A stretch of 64,000 bases of DNA from Octopus vulgaris (GCA_951406725.2 OX597817.1:17484001-17548000), one strand, 5' to 3'; positions 1 to 13,806 are shown, counted from the stretch's first letter. Numbers and translations are program-made. The notes: a model not told the origin generated them from the letters alone.

Positions 1-11
1 TATAATGTATA

Positions 12-42
<31 letters not shown>

Positions 43-738
43 GTATGTATGTATAATACGATCTTTTTTAAATAGTAATGGTACTTGATGGTAATAGAAG
101 CCACTTAATGAATTATAAATGGAAACTAAATTTAGGAAAATGTTTAAACTAAAACGAAAATGCTTTTAAAAATCTGAAAATTGAAAATATCTTTCTTGCC
201 ATAATTTATTTTCATTTCACTGACATGATAGTATGGAATTTGAGGATATTTTTTTGCTGTATGTTAACAGAGAATGATTAATGACTATCTGTTCTTAATG
301 CAGTAGGTACACTAAGTGACATAAATATATATGTATATGTATATATGTCAATAATAATAATAATAATACACACCAGCACATTTAAACAGATGAATTAACA
401 TATATAATATATATATATATAAATGTATGTATGTGTGTGTGTTCATTTGTTTGTGGATATAATGTCTGTTATTCCATGCAATAGCTGGGAAGATATTTGA
501 GGCAGGATTTTTATGATTGGATGCTCTTTCTGTCTTCAAACCCTTACATGCTTTTCAAATAATAGCTTTTTTTTTTGCAGAGGAATTTGAATGCATAGTG
601 CTAGCGGACAATTTGTAGACAGGAAATGTCGGCAAATGGTTCTCTCTCTCTCTCTCATATATATATACATACACACACATATTTATTTATATATAACTTC
701 CAGAATTTGGATGGTTTAGATGCTTGTGACATGCAAAT

Positions 739-952
739 TTAACCTTTTTATTATGATATAATATTTCTGTCTAAATTTATTTTGAAAATAAGAATTTAGT
801 AAATTAGCTTTGTCATTATTAAATTGATGTTTGAAATGTATATCAACATAAACATTTAATAAGCAGGTTTTTAATTTAGGTCACTTCAAAACATGAAGTT
901 TCTATCCTAGAACCACAAGCACCCTCAGGTGGGTTGGTATCAAAAGGGTTAA
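739..952. mobile_element. TTAA-flanked piggyBac-type MITE (degenerate)
   Basis: Begins TTAACCTTTT and ends AAAAGGGTTAA. Interior (gaatttagtaaa..., tttgtcattattaa) resembles other TTAA MITEs in the window. Confidence 0.55.
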
Positions 953-1271
953 ATTGACACAGTGCCTGTTGTGATAGTAAAAAAAAACCAGAAACAGACT
1001 TAGTTAAGGCAACAATGAAACTTATGATATTCTCATCATTTTTACGTTTTAATTTTAAATGATTTTATCAGCGATTACCAACTTATCTTTTAAGCAGATT
1101 AATTTGATGGCATTATGTAAAATTAGTTGTAATTGTCTCTCAAAGTATTAATTTTAGAGAGATGTCATCAGTCTGATCTTATTGAATACATGCAGAACTC
1201 AAGCTTTTCTAATCAACACTGTTAGAAATTCAACAATTGGTTATAAGAACTCTCTCTCCCCCTTTTTCACA

Positions 1272-1336
<65 letters not shown>

Positions 1337-2840
1337 GATGGATAGATAGATAGATAGAAATAAATATTTAGTAGAATATGCCAGTATACATCTGGAAAGA
1401 CCATAGTTTAAATAAGTATTCTTAATCATATATGTATGTATATGTATGTATGTATATATGTATGTATGTATGTATATATACATGTATATGTATATCTGTA
1501 TACACTTGCACACACACAGTCATGTTGAGTGTCATAATGATGTAGAGTTTCATTTAAAATTCTTTAAAAAAAATGTAAGAATTTCTGTTGAATTCTTCAT
1601 TGCCCAATTATTTTGGTTCTTTCAAAATTCAAAATTTTGTTGTGTTCAGTCATATAGTTCAGTTATTTTTATAAATTATTCAAACAAGTTATGTTTTGAA
1701 AACGTATTATCAAAACAAGCCATTTTGCTAACAAAATTGCTTTTTTACATTTTGTCTCACAAAATATTGCAACAGTTTGTTATGAACATGTTTTTTTTAA
1801 AAATATGAATTTTTTTTTTTTAATATTTGGTTTTTGATTATTGTGATTTTTTTGATGTTGTTAATATTCTTAACAAAAATTTCCCGTTTGATTTTGATGC
1901 AGACTTAATAAACTTCAAATTAGTTTGCTCAGAGCATAATCTAATATTTTGATTAGCCCAAATTTGCTTCTGAAATTCATCAGCCGAAATTTATACCAAT
2001 TTGTATTTGCAGAGTCAATTCCAATATCAGTGACAAAAGCTTTCTTGGCTTTGTTTTCTTTATATACTTTCACTCAAATATTCATTGTATTATTTGAGAA
2101 CTTACAAGACTTACCTCAAGTGTGGTTGGCCTGTGATTATGTGAAACTTAATTCTTTAAATCTGCCTGTAATTTAATATTCATTGCTGAAAAATATTAAA
2201 CATTTTTTTTTTCTTTTTTATTTATATTTTTTTAACGTTGTTTTTAATTGCATCTTTAAAAAACCATATAGAGTAAGCAGATGGCTGAACTGATGGGATG
2301 CAGACAACCAGCCTTCCATTTAGTAGTTCGCATCCTGTCAGTGGCCTTATGTTTACCTTGTGTGAGACAACACTGTTAAAATTGAAAAGCTATCTATTGG
2401 CTTGCAGTGCTGAGCTCAGATCTACTTATGGGAAAATGGACTGGCATTCTATCCAAAGGGGACTCTTGTCCCTTTTGCTTAATGCCACACAAACTGGAAA
2501 TAAATACCAGTTTTATAAAACTTAGATGTTCATTAATGGTGGGGAAAAAAAGATTGTACAAATATTTATCTGATAGTGTGTAGATATTTGTCAAAACTAA
2601 CATTTATCTTTTCTATATTTATTTCATTTGTATTGAAGAAAACTCCATTTTTCATTACCTTTTGGGGTTGTGACTGTTGGATAATTCATCTTGGATGTAT
2701 TATATATAACATGAATTATACATTTATAGATTTTACTTTCCAGTTTGTAACAATTATTGACACCAACATATTATGAAGAGAGAAAATATTTTGAAATAAA
2801 AAAAATTATAATTATAATAAATGTGAACTAACTGCTCTCT

Positions 2841-3069
2841 TTAACACTTTCGTTACTGTATTTTTTTTTAGATGCTCTGTGTTTCTTTCAATTACTTTAA
2901 ATATAACAAAGAATTTAGTAAAATAACTTAATTATCATTCAGCTATTGTTAGGAACATGAATTGTGACTAAGGTTTGGTGGAAGATTTTGATTAAAAACT
3001 TATGAAAACAAGACATTTGTACTACAGAGCCAGAGCCGGTTTCAGCCAGGTTGGTAACGAAAGGGTTAA
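2841..3069. mobile_element. piggyBac-type MITE, family A
   Basis: TTAA-CACTTTCGTTAC ... GTAACGAAAGGG-TTAA terminal inverted repeats. Reverse-complement match to 19631-19858 and 28428-28647. Confidence 0.75.
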
Positions 3070-3405
3070 TATTGGAAGGCTTACACTCTAGCAACCAATT
3101 CAGCTGTAGTTCTCTATAAGCAATTATTGAGTGGATTGGCAAAGTCAGTTTTGCATCAGACAAAATGTCAAGCAGTCTTTAGTTGTTTTCCCTAACATTC
3201 TGAGATTGAATCTCACCCAGGTTAACTTTACCTTTTATCCTTCTGAAGTCAAGAACCCAGATAAATATAATCAACTAGTCCCCTTTTGCCTATGTTAGAA
3301 ATTATGTCGTTAAGATAAATCTACAAGAGAGAAATATAATTAACATAGAGACTAGAAAAGTTGCCTGAAATTTCAATAATTACTTTTCAAAGTGTTTAAC
3401 AATTA

Positions 3406-3634
3406 TTAACCCTTTAGTGTTCAGATTACTCTGTTAAATGTAATATTTTTTTTACTCAAATTGCTTTTAATTAATCATGCATTATCTTATAGCTTTGAGG
3501 TTTCAATGACGTGATTGTTCATTTTTAGAATGTCATTGTAGGTTAGGTGTGAGAGCCCTGATCTGGTCAGTTTAAACATAAAACAGGTAGAAAACTTCGG
3601 CCGGATATGGCCAGTTTAAACACTAAAGGGTTAA
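3406..3634. mobile_element. piggyBac-type MITE, family B
   Basis: TTAA-CCCTTTAGTGTT ... AACACTAAAGGG-TTAA. Reverse-complement match to 48284-48513; partial copy near 12640-12835. Confidence 0.75.
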
Positions 3635-4364
3635 AGCATAGAAAATTTACTGTCAACAGAAGTGAATTACTGTTGTATTAAGCAGACTACTGATTACAGA
3701 GAAATTTGTTCAAACTTTCTGACAGCCAAAATATGGTTTCCCTAGGCCATGGTATGTAACTCTTTTTGTCTTGGTTTGCTTAAGTAATAATGAAAAGTTT
3801 CACTCATACTTGACAAGTGAGTGGTTATTATTAGTAATAAGAGCATTTGAAAACAGTTGCCCCGCAAAACACATTCATTCTACCTGTGCTGGATTTACCT
3901 GTTTGCTTGTCAAGCAGCTGAAGCCTGAAGCCTCAAAATCTCAGGGCTCTCTGGCCAGGGCATATTTCAATAATTCTCGTTGAAAGTAGTGGTTTGGGAA
4001 GGGCCCTCAGAAGAGAAATAGTTTTGGGCCTCTATTCATCAAATCCAGTACTGTATACTATCACAGGAAAAAAAAATGGTCATGTATATGAAGAGCAAGA
4101 TACACACACACACAAGCACAAACACACAAATGCTTTGGTTTTAACACTGGAATTTATAGTTTTAATGATCATTTTTGCATGTTTTTCTTGTTATCCATTT
4201 GTTTTTATTTTTTTAATTAAAAATCATACAAACGACTATAATAATTTGTATATCATGGAATATTCTTCAAATATGAAAATACAGTATATATATTTTTTAA
4301 TAAAAAGAATCTGTTTTTTATTACTTTTCTTTGTATGCAAATTGTTTTTGTTTTAAACATATTA

Positions 4365-4396
<32 letters not shown>

Positions 4397-5847
4397 GGTT
4401 TGTTTTGACTAGTCACAAGGCCAATTTCTTTTACAGAAATATGACAATTGAATCAACTCAGGTATATTGCTGGGAATTATTTTCTCGGTGACATTGTAGA
4501 GGGAGATGAACAACAAAACTAATATAATACTTTGCTAATCTGAACTCTTTAAATCTCATAATCCTCAAATCTTGTAGTTCATTTTTCTGTCTTTTTTTTT
4601 TTTTAGTTGACATCACCAAAACTATAACAACAACAATAACCCAAACCATACATTTTATTAAATTGATTAATGCCTGATTTTCATTTTTCAGTGCAATGAA
4701 AGTCAAAGTTAAATCAGCAGGATTTTGAACTTAAAACATAGAAAAAGTTAACATTCTACTCTCAAATATCTTGGTTGTAGACTTTAACTTACATCACTTG
4801 AGTTCTGAGAAAGTATAAACATTACATGGGCTCATCTTTCCAGTGCTATAAATCTGAGGACCTTTTTGTGTCTCTGCAAGAATTCTTATTGCACAAGATT
4901 TCCTGTTATTACCAAAAAAGACATTAAAATGTTCTGTTTTCATAAGAAATTACACACAATTGAGATATATAGGAGAATGATGTTCTGCATAGATTTCAAA
5001 CTAATTAAATAATGTTTTTAAAAGCATTAGTCAGAACATTGCATTGACCTTTGCAGGTTATTTCAGACAAATGACATTGATGCAGGTGAGGCCAAACTTT
5101 GAGATCTGCAGGGAAAATGTTAGTAGAAAAGGAACTTGAGTTTAGTCCATTCTTTTCTAGCCTGGATACTTACAATAGAGTGAATTCTTCTCATGGACCA
5201 GTTAGTGGTGTTAAACTAAATGGCATGTTTGGCCTATAACCTAAATCTATAACCTGTAGGATTATAGTTTTGAGTGATGGCTCCAGCTTGCATAATCCAT
5301 CAAAATTAATTGTGTTTGGCAGACATAAGTAAAGTGAAAATGAAAGTTATTTGTATAAGGGAATTACTGAAACTGGATCAATGTCAAATAATTCATATTT
5401 TTATGAACTCAGAGCTTTTGCTTTGTGAATCCAGGCATGTGTTAATTTCTGTGAAAATATATCTTAATCAACTTCACATTGGATTTGGCCTCATGACAAG
5501 CATAATTATTTCTCACAATGAGAAATAATGTGGAATCCCTTTTCTGTAATTGTACAACAGCCCAAGTCATCATTGGATTCCCTTTGTTGCTTGGATGATG
5601 TGAATAATAGCACAAAGAATATGCAAGACTGCATAAAAAAGTGAAAAGATTTTATATAAACGCTTAATAATAATTTATATAATTAAGGGTTAAGCAACAA
5701 GTTGCTTCACCACATACCAAAAATTTAGAAATAGCAGCCAAAAACAGCTTATTCTTTTTTTACTACAGATATTACTCCACAGATAACAATATTTGTAACT
5801 CACATAGGCAAAAGGAGAAAAATAACAAAATCAAACAGTCTTGATTA

Positions 5848-5905
5848 ATTGTGGACTCGTTACTGGGTTAGAATTATACAAATTCATTCCCGTCCTCAGC
5901 ACAAT
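5848..5905 (-). ncRNA. Minimal type I hammerhead-like motif (variant core) in a Penelope-like repeat remnant
   Basis: Minus strand: ATTGTG-CTGAGGA-[cggg aat gaatt tgtat aattc taa ccca]-GTAA-CGAG-TC-CACAAT. Stem I is perfect; GAAA is replaced by GTAA. Confidence 0.5.
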
Positions 5906-6619
5906 AATTCAATAATTTATAAATTTGAAAATGCTAGGAACCTACCTTTTGAATCCCGATCCAGTGCCATATATATATATATGTGTGTGTTTATTCTTAG
6001 TGTATCAGCTTGACTACTGATTTCAAGAAAATTAATTTGAATATCACTTCAGCCATAGTGTTGTGATTCTATGCAGGGTATATAACTCTTCTTGTCTTGA
6101 TGTTTATGTGATGATCGTAGTGATGCTGATGCTGATGACCATTTCACATAAAGCAAATGTAGAATTGTTTTCTAATCATTATTTTAGAAAACTGATAAAA
6201 TGGTTTCAGCTTAGAATCCTCTGTATTCCACAAGACATGAACTCATTTTGACAAAAACGTATGTCATCAGAACAGTGAGGTAAGAGCCTGGTTATCTGAA
6301 TAATGCAAAATGAATTTGGTTCAACAAATGGGTCTAATTCCCCTTTTCATACATTAATTAGCTAATGCTAAATAGAACAGCATGAACATCACTTCATCTC
6401 TTTTAAAAGTCTTTCATTTCATATCTACATTAGTTTATCATAAGCAGCATCAATGCTTTTATACCATCAGGTCCATTATCTCAGTGTCTTGAGTTCAAAT
6501 TCTGCTGTTGTCTTAAATTTACTTTTATTCTTCATACCAATGGTGATGTGTATCAACAAATTAAATACTTAGAGGTGTAAAATCAATCAATTCTACATAA
6601 TTCTACATAATACAAGATA

Positions 6620-7107
6620 GGAACCCCTATCTTGCACAGAACATTGACCTCCTGGAATCTGTCCAGAGACGTGCAACCAAACGCATACCCTCCATCAGAC
6701 ACCTACCATATTCTGAGCGCCTTGTTTCCCTGGGCATGGATTCACTGAAGCTCCGGCGTCTGGCGACGGACTTGGTAAACACCCACAAAGTTATCAACCA
6801 CCTCACCAACAACAACACTGAACACCTTTTTGATCTCCATGTGTCTAACACACGTGGACATGCCTACAAAGTCAGAAAACAATACAGCTCTCATGACTTT
6901 CGGAAACATTTTTTCACGCTCAGAGTTGCTGAAGCATGGAATAAACTGCCTGCATCAGTTGTTGACTGCCATGATACTGCATCCTTTAAGGCCCTCATGC
7001 TTTCCGAAATCCACCGAAACTACACCTGATTATATATACACTTTAGATGAGTTGTAGTGCACCTGAGCACTGTACACAATTATTATTATTATTATTATTA
7101 TTATTAT
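6620..7107 (+). mobile_element. CR1-clade LINE 3' fragment
   Basis: Translates NPYLAQNIDLLESVQRRATKRIP...YSERLVSLGMDSLKLRR...TRGHAYKV...RKHFFTLRVAEAWNKLP, the typical CR1 ORF2 C-terminus. Ends in an (ATT)n tail. Confidence 0.9.
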
Positions 7108-8300
7108 AAAATACTCACTCCTGCTGCATATACACTCTCCTGCCACACAATAGAACACTTAACCAAATCCTTTATAGTGTTTATTTTCTGCTCACTTTAT
7201 TCTGATTTCAAATCCTAGCAAAGATGAATTTTGTCATTCACCCACTTCCAATAAAACCACTGAAATAAATACCCGGAAAATACCTTGGTTGATGCAATCA
7301 ATATCATTCTTACAATATTGGCCATAAAACAAACAAATAAAATATCTACTTGCATTGCAGGAAGTTGCTGTTGGAACTTTTTAGCATTCATCCTTTTTGT
7401 ATTTTTATCACAATTCTTTTTTATTTTTCTTTACTGAAAATTGTGAAATTAAGTGAACTTTTTTTGTTCTCAATTTAAGATAACATTGATTGCTATTTTT
7501 CTCTTTTCTTCTTATAGAAATGATTAAATGGTTCATTTTCTTTCAATCTAGTTGATTGCATAGTAAAAAGAAGTTTAGTGCTATTCTAAATACTATTATG
7601 TATGTGTGTGTATGTCTATATATATATAACTTTAGTTATTTATTTATGGGAAGTTCTTTTCAAATCTCTAGTTATATATAAGTCTTAAACGTAAGAATTT
7701 GATTCGTGGATCAAAATTAAATCTCCATAGAATTGTTTTTTCCTTATAACCATTAATCACATACTTCAACTATGGTTATCATATCATTATATATATATAT
7801 GTGTGTGTGTGTGTGTGAGTGAGTGTGTTTATAAAAACACACACACACACACACACTCATATATATATATATATATATATATTTATGTATGTATTTATGT
7901 GAAAGTACGTGGTGTGTGGGTTAAGTTCTTGGATTCATGAGTGTAAGCTTGGTTTGATTCATGGACAAGATTATGTATTGTGCTCTTGAACATTGCACCA
8001 GTCTATTCAACTGAAAATGAGGACAACTGAATGCTGGCGCTGCCCTCTCTTCCTCCAACTGTCACGTTCTTGATGTTTTGTTGGGGCCAAGGGGTTGTCC
8101 GTTTCTGCTTTATGACTACATACATATCTAAAGTAATTGATGGAAAATGGCACATGCTACCATGTCATACTCACTTGAAAGTGATGCTGGTGGTTTACAC
8201 ACACACACACACACACACACTTTACCTTCTAGGTCACTGTGATTTGAGCATCATTTTCTCATACATGTACCCATGTACATACACACAAGCAATGACATAT

Positions 8301-9173
8301 TACAAGGGGGTACCCGAAAGAAGCCAGAATTTTCCAGTATTATTTTATTCACTTAGTCTTACACGTTTACACTTTTATTGCCTTCAAAATGTTCTCCAGA
8401 CATGCTTTCCACTGCTTGAAGCAGTGCTGGAACTCTTGTGAAATGATACCTTTTAACGCCTCCTTCGTTTTTTTCCTTCATTTCTTCCACATCTGCAAAT
8501 TCCATAGAACCAGCTTTTGTCACCAGTGATGACCTTCAAAAAAAAAAAGGATCCGGATCAACTTCCAACTGTTCTTTCAGTTCACAACAAACATTTAGTT
8601 GTGACTGCTTTTGATCTTCTGTGAGCAAGCAAGGCACAAATTTTCCTGCAACTCTTTTCATTTGCAATTCCTCACTCAAAATTCGTTGGCAGGAGCTCCA
8701 AGACACAAGTTTGTCAATTGTCAATTCTTCAGTCATGGTCCTCCAAAATCAGTTCATGAGTTTTCATGATATTTTCATTCCTTCGGGAGTTCGATAGTTG
8801 CCCTGAACGAGGTTGGTCCTCAAGCAACAAGTGACCATTCCTAAAGGAAAAACTTGTGTTTTGCTCATGGTGGCATCCTTGTAAGCTGATTGAAACATGA
8901 CAACTGTTTTAGCCACCGTTTTCCCCAGCAGAAAACAGAATTTTATGGAAGCATGCTGCCCCTTTGTTTCAGCCATCACAAAAATCAACAAACAGGTGAG
9001 AAGCACTGCAAAACAAAAGATGCACCATATGGCAGTATGATCTCACTGGACAATGCCATTTGCAGACTGATGCCTGAGGGTTGCATCAAGTGACTTCTAG
9101 TGGTGGAAGCCTAGACTACAACGGGCTTGTCCTACAGAGAACATTTCCAGTTACTTTTGGGTACCCCTTTGTA
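8301..9173 (-). mobile_element. Internally deleted mariner transposon with transposase relics
   Basis: TA-flanked TIRs (TAcaagggggtacccgaaag / cttttgggtacccctttgTA). Minus frames give QHASIKFCFLLGKT, ILSEELQMKRVAGKFVPCLLT, VITGDKSWFYG and FADVEEMKEK. Frameshifted, with most of the DDD domain missing. Confidence 0.9.
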
Positions 9174-9394
9174 CATATGTGCTCGCACAGTAATATAAAG
9201 AAATAACTTTGTTACATATCACATACAAACATAGTCTGATTCATAACTGATGAAATCTTTCTGTTTCACTATGAGTGAAGATTTTAATCATGTTTTGTTG
9301 GTACTTCCCTTTACAATGCTTGTTACAATTTCAATTTTTTTTTAATTATGTAAGAAATTAATTTTTTTATATAAGATATTTTCTCTTTTACTCT

Positions 9395-9401
9395 GTGTGT
9401 G

Positions 9402-9443
<42 letters not shown>

Positions 9444-9453
9444 TGTATGTATG

Positions 9454-9486
<33 letters not shown>

Positions 9487-9649
9487 ATATATATATGTAT
9501 GTATATATTTATGTATATATATATGTATATATATATATATATGTATGTATGTATATATATATATATATAATATATATATATGTATATATATATATAAATA
9601 TATATATATGTATGTGTGTATATATATATATATATATATGTATGTATAT
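9395..9649. repeat. (TA)n/(TATG)n compound microsatellite
   Basis: Direct reading; source of the YI-rich spurious ORFs. Confidence 0.95.
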
Positions 9650-10167
9650 CTGTGACAATTTATGTATTCTTAATAAAATAAAAAATATTAATACTCATGG
9701 AAGGTATGAGTCAATTGAAATGATAAAGCACTGGGCTTAGATGCTTTTGAAATATTTATTTCTGTATTTGTATTATATAATGTTTATGATAATGAACTAA
9801 GTGTATACAGTGCTCATGTGAACTATACCTCATCAGAAAAGAGGGGAAAAAAAGAGTTGAAAACAGCAGTAAGACAGGTAAAGAAAGAGGGCAATAATAG
9901 CCAAAGGTACATTCAGAGTACACAGTTATAAATCTCACTGCAGTTGACTTCATCTTTCATATGACCACAGCCAATAAAATTAGGACCAACCATGCATTGT
10001 GGTTAATTCAGTCAACTTCTACCCTTTCCTGGCAAATTTGCGGCTCTGTTCCAATGTAAGATGTCAATATTAATTAATTTTTTTCGTCCTACAAATTAAA
10101 TTCTTGATAATTCTGTAAATTTGTGAATAACTAAGATTATCCACTTTTTCTTTCTTTTTGTTTTTAC

Positions 10168-10415
10168 TATCATCATCATCATCGTTTAACGTCCGTTCTC
10201 CATGCTAGCATGGGTTGGACGGTTCGACCGGGGATCTGGGAAGCCAGAAGGCTGCACCAGGCCCAGTCTGATCTGGCAGTTTTTCTACAGCTGGATGCCC
10301 TTCCTAACACCAACCACTCCGTGAGTGTAGTGGGTGCTTTTTACGTGCCACCTGCACTGGTGCCAGGCGAGGCTGGCATCGGCCACGGTCGGATTGGTGC
10401 ATTTTACGTGCCACC
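10168..10415 (-). mobile_element. RTE-tail SINE/LINE 3'UTR fragment with (GAT)n tail
   Basis: Shared block ggatgcccttcctaacaccaaccactcc with a (cat)n end. Same family as 17931, 19105, 29372, 33057, 34025 and the 3'UTR at 62960-63200. Confidence 0.8.
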
Positions 10416-11707
10416 TATTCATCAAACTCTCCATTTTAGCCCTTCCCACATAAAATCAATAAATTAATAGTTTGTTCTGTAACCATAATCCTTGGCAAGT
10501 GGTGTAAAGTTGAAAGTATGCACCTAGCCAACAGAATTTTGTTATCTGGTTTCGATACTTAGTTGTAACTATTTCATTTCACTTACACCACCAATGCCTT
10601 TGTGAAAGGCATGAACACCATAATTTCCCCCTGGGTTCATTACTCATTAACACATATCTCTAATTACAAAATGTCAAGCAACTAACCTGTATTTATCTCA
10701 ATTGTGTGAGATAAATATTTTACTTGATATCAACCATCATTATCAATTACTGCTACTACTACTACCGCCACCATCATATCCCTATTTTTTTAACCCTTAC
10801 TTCTTTAAGGGTTTTTTTAATTATTGTTCAAATTATTATCTAAACCATAAATACCTTATTGTTAAAGCATGTGAGACAATCATCTAAATCTGTGCTGGAT
10901 TGAATATCTTCTAGTTGTTTGTACAACTAAAATAACTCCCTTTTCCAAATTTGTCATCACCTATCCTACTCATCATTAATATAAAATTGAAGGTATTGGA
11001 ATGGCAGAAACAGTAGAGTGCTAGATTAAAAGCTTCCCCATATTTGGTTTTGTCACTTTATGTTCAGAGTTCAAATATCACCAGGGTTGACTTGGCCTTT
11101 CATCCCTCCAGAGATAATAAAATATATGCCAGTTTATGATGTTGATTCTATCAGCTATACTCCTCTACCTTTACAAATTTGTGGTCTTGTGTCTATGAAA
11201 GTTATTAATAGTCTTTAGAAAGGTGCAAGTGTCATCACTAATAATTCCATCTTCCAATCATATTAGAAACATGGATTGGTAGGTCATTCAAGCATTAAAT
11301 GTCTTGTGGCATTTAATTCTTGCCCTTTACATTATAAGTTCAAATTCCATCATGACCAACTCTGCTTTTCATCCTTTTAGGGCTGGTAAAGTACCATTCA
11401 AATACTAAGGTCCATTTGTAATCTTAAAATAAATCATAGATGTGAATGGAAACAAGAGAAGTACTATGCTTATATGAGAAAATATTAAACTATAACTAGG
11501 GGTAACAAGCGTCCTGTATGGTACTTGCTGTGGCCCAGTTTTGTTTCACACTAATAATCATTTCATTTTATTAATATTACATACATTTATAAGAAAGGTA
11601 TTCAATGTTGCATCTTCTTATATCTCTTCTTTCTTAAACACTTTAGACATCATTTCTATGTAGGAAAATTAAGGAAAAATAACACAATTGAAAAATAGTT
11701 AGATATA

Positions 11708-12005
11708 TCAGATATAAACAGTCTGCAACAGCCTGGGTTTAAAGGGCCCACAGCTTTTTAATATTCTCCCAAAGAGTCTGAGGAACTTGCACAAAGTAGA
11801 TGTAGCGGTTTTTAAATCAAAGCTGGACATCTTCCTGTCAAGAGTCCCAGATGAACCTACCTCATGGCAAGAGGTGCAAATGAGAGTAGCTATATCAAAC
11901 TCCATTCTTCACCAAGTGCCACATATCAGACAAGGTTCTTCACAATAACAGTGTAGCACAAAACGGCGGTGCATCAGCATGGCCGCAGCTCTGAGCTGAA
12001 ACTAG
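11708..12005 (+). mobile_element. CR1-like LINE 3' fragment whose tail is shared with the tRNA-SINE
   Basis: CNSLGLKGPQLFNILPKSLRNL...FKSKLDIFLSRVPDEP...SNSILHQV*, then ggcggtgcatcagcatggccgcagctctgagctgaaac. Confidence 0.8.
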
Positions 12006-13274
12006 TGAGAAAAAAATATATATATATATATTGTCTCTATATCCTTATAGAATCTCTGTACTCTTCTCAGTTTTCCACAATCTATTAACCTTCAACAAAT
12101 CAAATTAAACTGTCATTGCAGTAACCTCACCTTGTTATCCTTAACTTTTAGTTGTATTCTTTAAAAAAAAAACTATAAATACTTCTCACTTTTTAAAAAC
12201 TCTAAAAGCAAATTAAAACTTACTTAAATTAAAACTTTTGCATTCTACTTATATAAATAGTATTATATTCTATTTCTTTAATAATACTGATGGATACAGT
12301 GGCATTGTTGCAAAGCAGTCTTGGGCAAACTTCTGAAAGGCACAACACCATTTTTTTAAAAATTACTTTGAATATTGTTTTAATAGTAGCCTGCCTGACA
12401 ATGAGCTATTTTTCACGTGACCCTCTTCTTGTTAAAGGCTGTCCATATGTGTTGTAAAGATTATACATACAAAGTCTCTGTATGTAGCCTAAGAGCAGTC
12501 CTAGACAAGAACTTTTTTTATGGAAAACTAGCAGTTGCTCATGCATGCAAGCCTCTCTCACTCTATCTTTCTTTCTTCCAGCCTATCAATTTTGTCCAAA
12601 AGAAAGCAAATGCCAATAAGGCCTTGCATCTCTGTGATGATATTTAGCATTTAGATTATTTTGTCAAATGTAATGCTTATTTATTCACATTATTTTGAAT
12701 TACCCATGCATTATCTTTTTGCATTGAGATTTCATCGATGTGCTTGATTATTTTTGGTATGACATTGTAGGGTAAGTGTGAAGGGTTAGATATGGTCAGT
12801 TTGAACATAAAACAGGTAGAATATCTGGTCTGGATGGCTTCCTTGAATTCTGCTTGTGTTGCTGTTTTATTTTTGTGTCATCAGTATTAGAATATTCTTA
12901 AAGGAACTGTTAAAAATTCATTTCTAAAATAATTCTAGTAAAAGCTAATTATAATAATAATAGAAAAAAAAACAAAAAAACATTTGTCAGAATTTTTATA
13001 AGATAATTTTGGTATGCAATTTATTAGTACTTTTGGTGAAAGCTCTGTAAAGTATCATGGCCACAGCTTCCCTCATGACTAATAAGATATATGATAATAA
13101 ATAGGAGTCATCTTGATTAAAACATAACTTGTATATAAAATCTAATGTTACACAGTATCATCATCATCATCATTATCCTCATTTAATGTCCACCTATGCA
13201 AATGCCATTAGTAGGAGAGACTGGGAAGGGGTGAAAGGAAAGGGAAATACTATATTATGTGTATATATATATAT

Positions 13275-13804
13275 CACTTTGACCGACCAGTCCGTCAGGC
13301 GTCCATTTGACATCGCTGGTCACAGCACACTGTCCACTCCTCTCTGGATCGCACCTTTCTCAACCACGTGATCCCAATCGTCCTCTTGAAATCGTCACTC
13401 CACCATCGTGGAGGTCTTCCGGGTGGTCTTTTCCACTCACGCAGGTACCACTCGACAACTGCGTGCGTCCACTGATTATCGGTGAGCCGGGCGACGTGTC
13501 CAGCCCATCTATACTTGCTGCGAGTATACTCTGCGATGACATCTCTCACGCCGGACTTCTTTCTGATGATCTTGTTATTTATGTGCTCTCTCAACGAGAT
13601 ATCAAGCCTTTCCATGGCTCTTTGAGCCGTTACCAGTCTTTGCTCTTCTCTCTTTGTGGTAGCCCATGTTTCACTACCATATAACATTGCAGGCAGACAA
13701 AAAGGAGATCTCACGGAGAGTAAGGGCCGGATGGAAGGCGTTCAATGGCATAAGGGATGTGCTCAAGGGAAGGTTGGACAAGACCACCCGCGCCAACCTC
13801 ATTA

Positions 13805-13806
<2 letters not shown>
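13275..13806 (-). mobile_element. RTE-clade LINE, 5'-truncated with 5' inversion
   Basis: Minus: LPAMLYGSETWA...RWAGHVARL...WKRPPGRPPRWWSDD. Plus 13702-13806: KEISRRVRAGWKAFNGIRDVLKGRLDKTTRANLIN, the segment expected immediately upstream. Flanked by (TA)n. Confidence 0.9.

Noticed and set aside
1949-2525. Possible plus-strand exons (ESIPISVTKAFL..., MAELMGCRQP...)
   Set aside because: There is an acceptor-like site but no recognisable homology and no linkable exon chain.
5057-5085. Possible plus-strand micro-exon (ttgcag|...cag|gtgagg)
   Set aside because: Splice-like signals only; no partner exons.
9395-9740. YI/VC/TH-rich ORFs here and elsewhere
   Set aside because: Translations of microsatellites.
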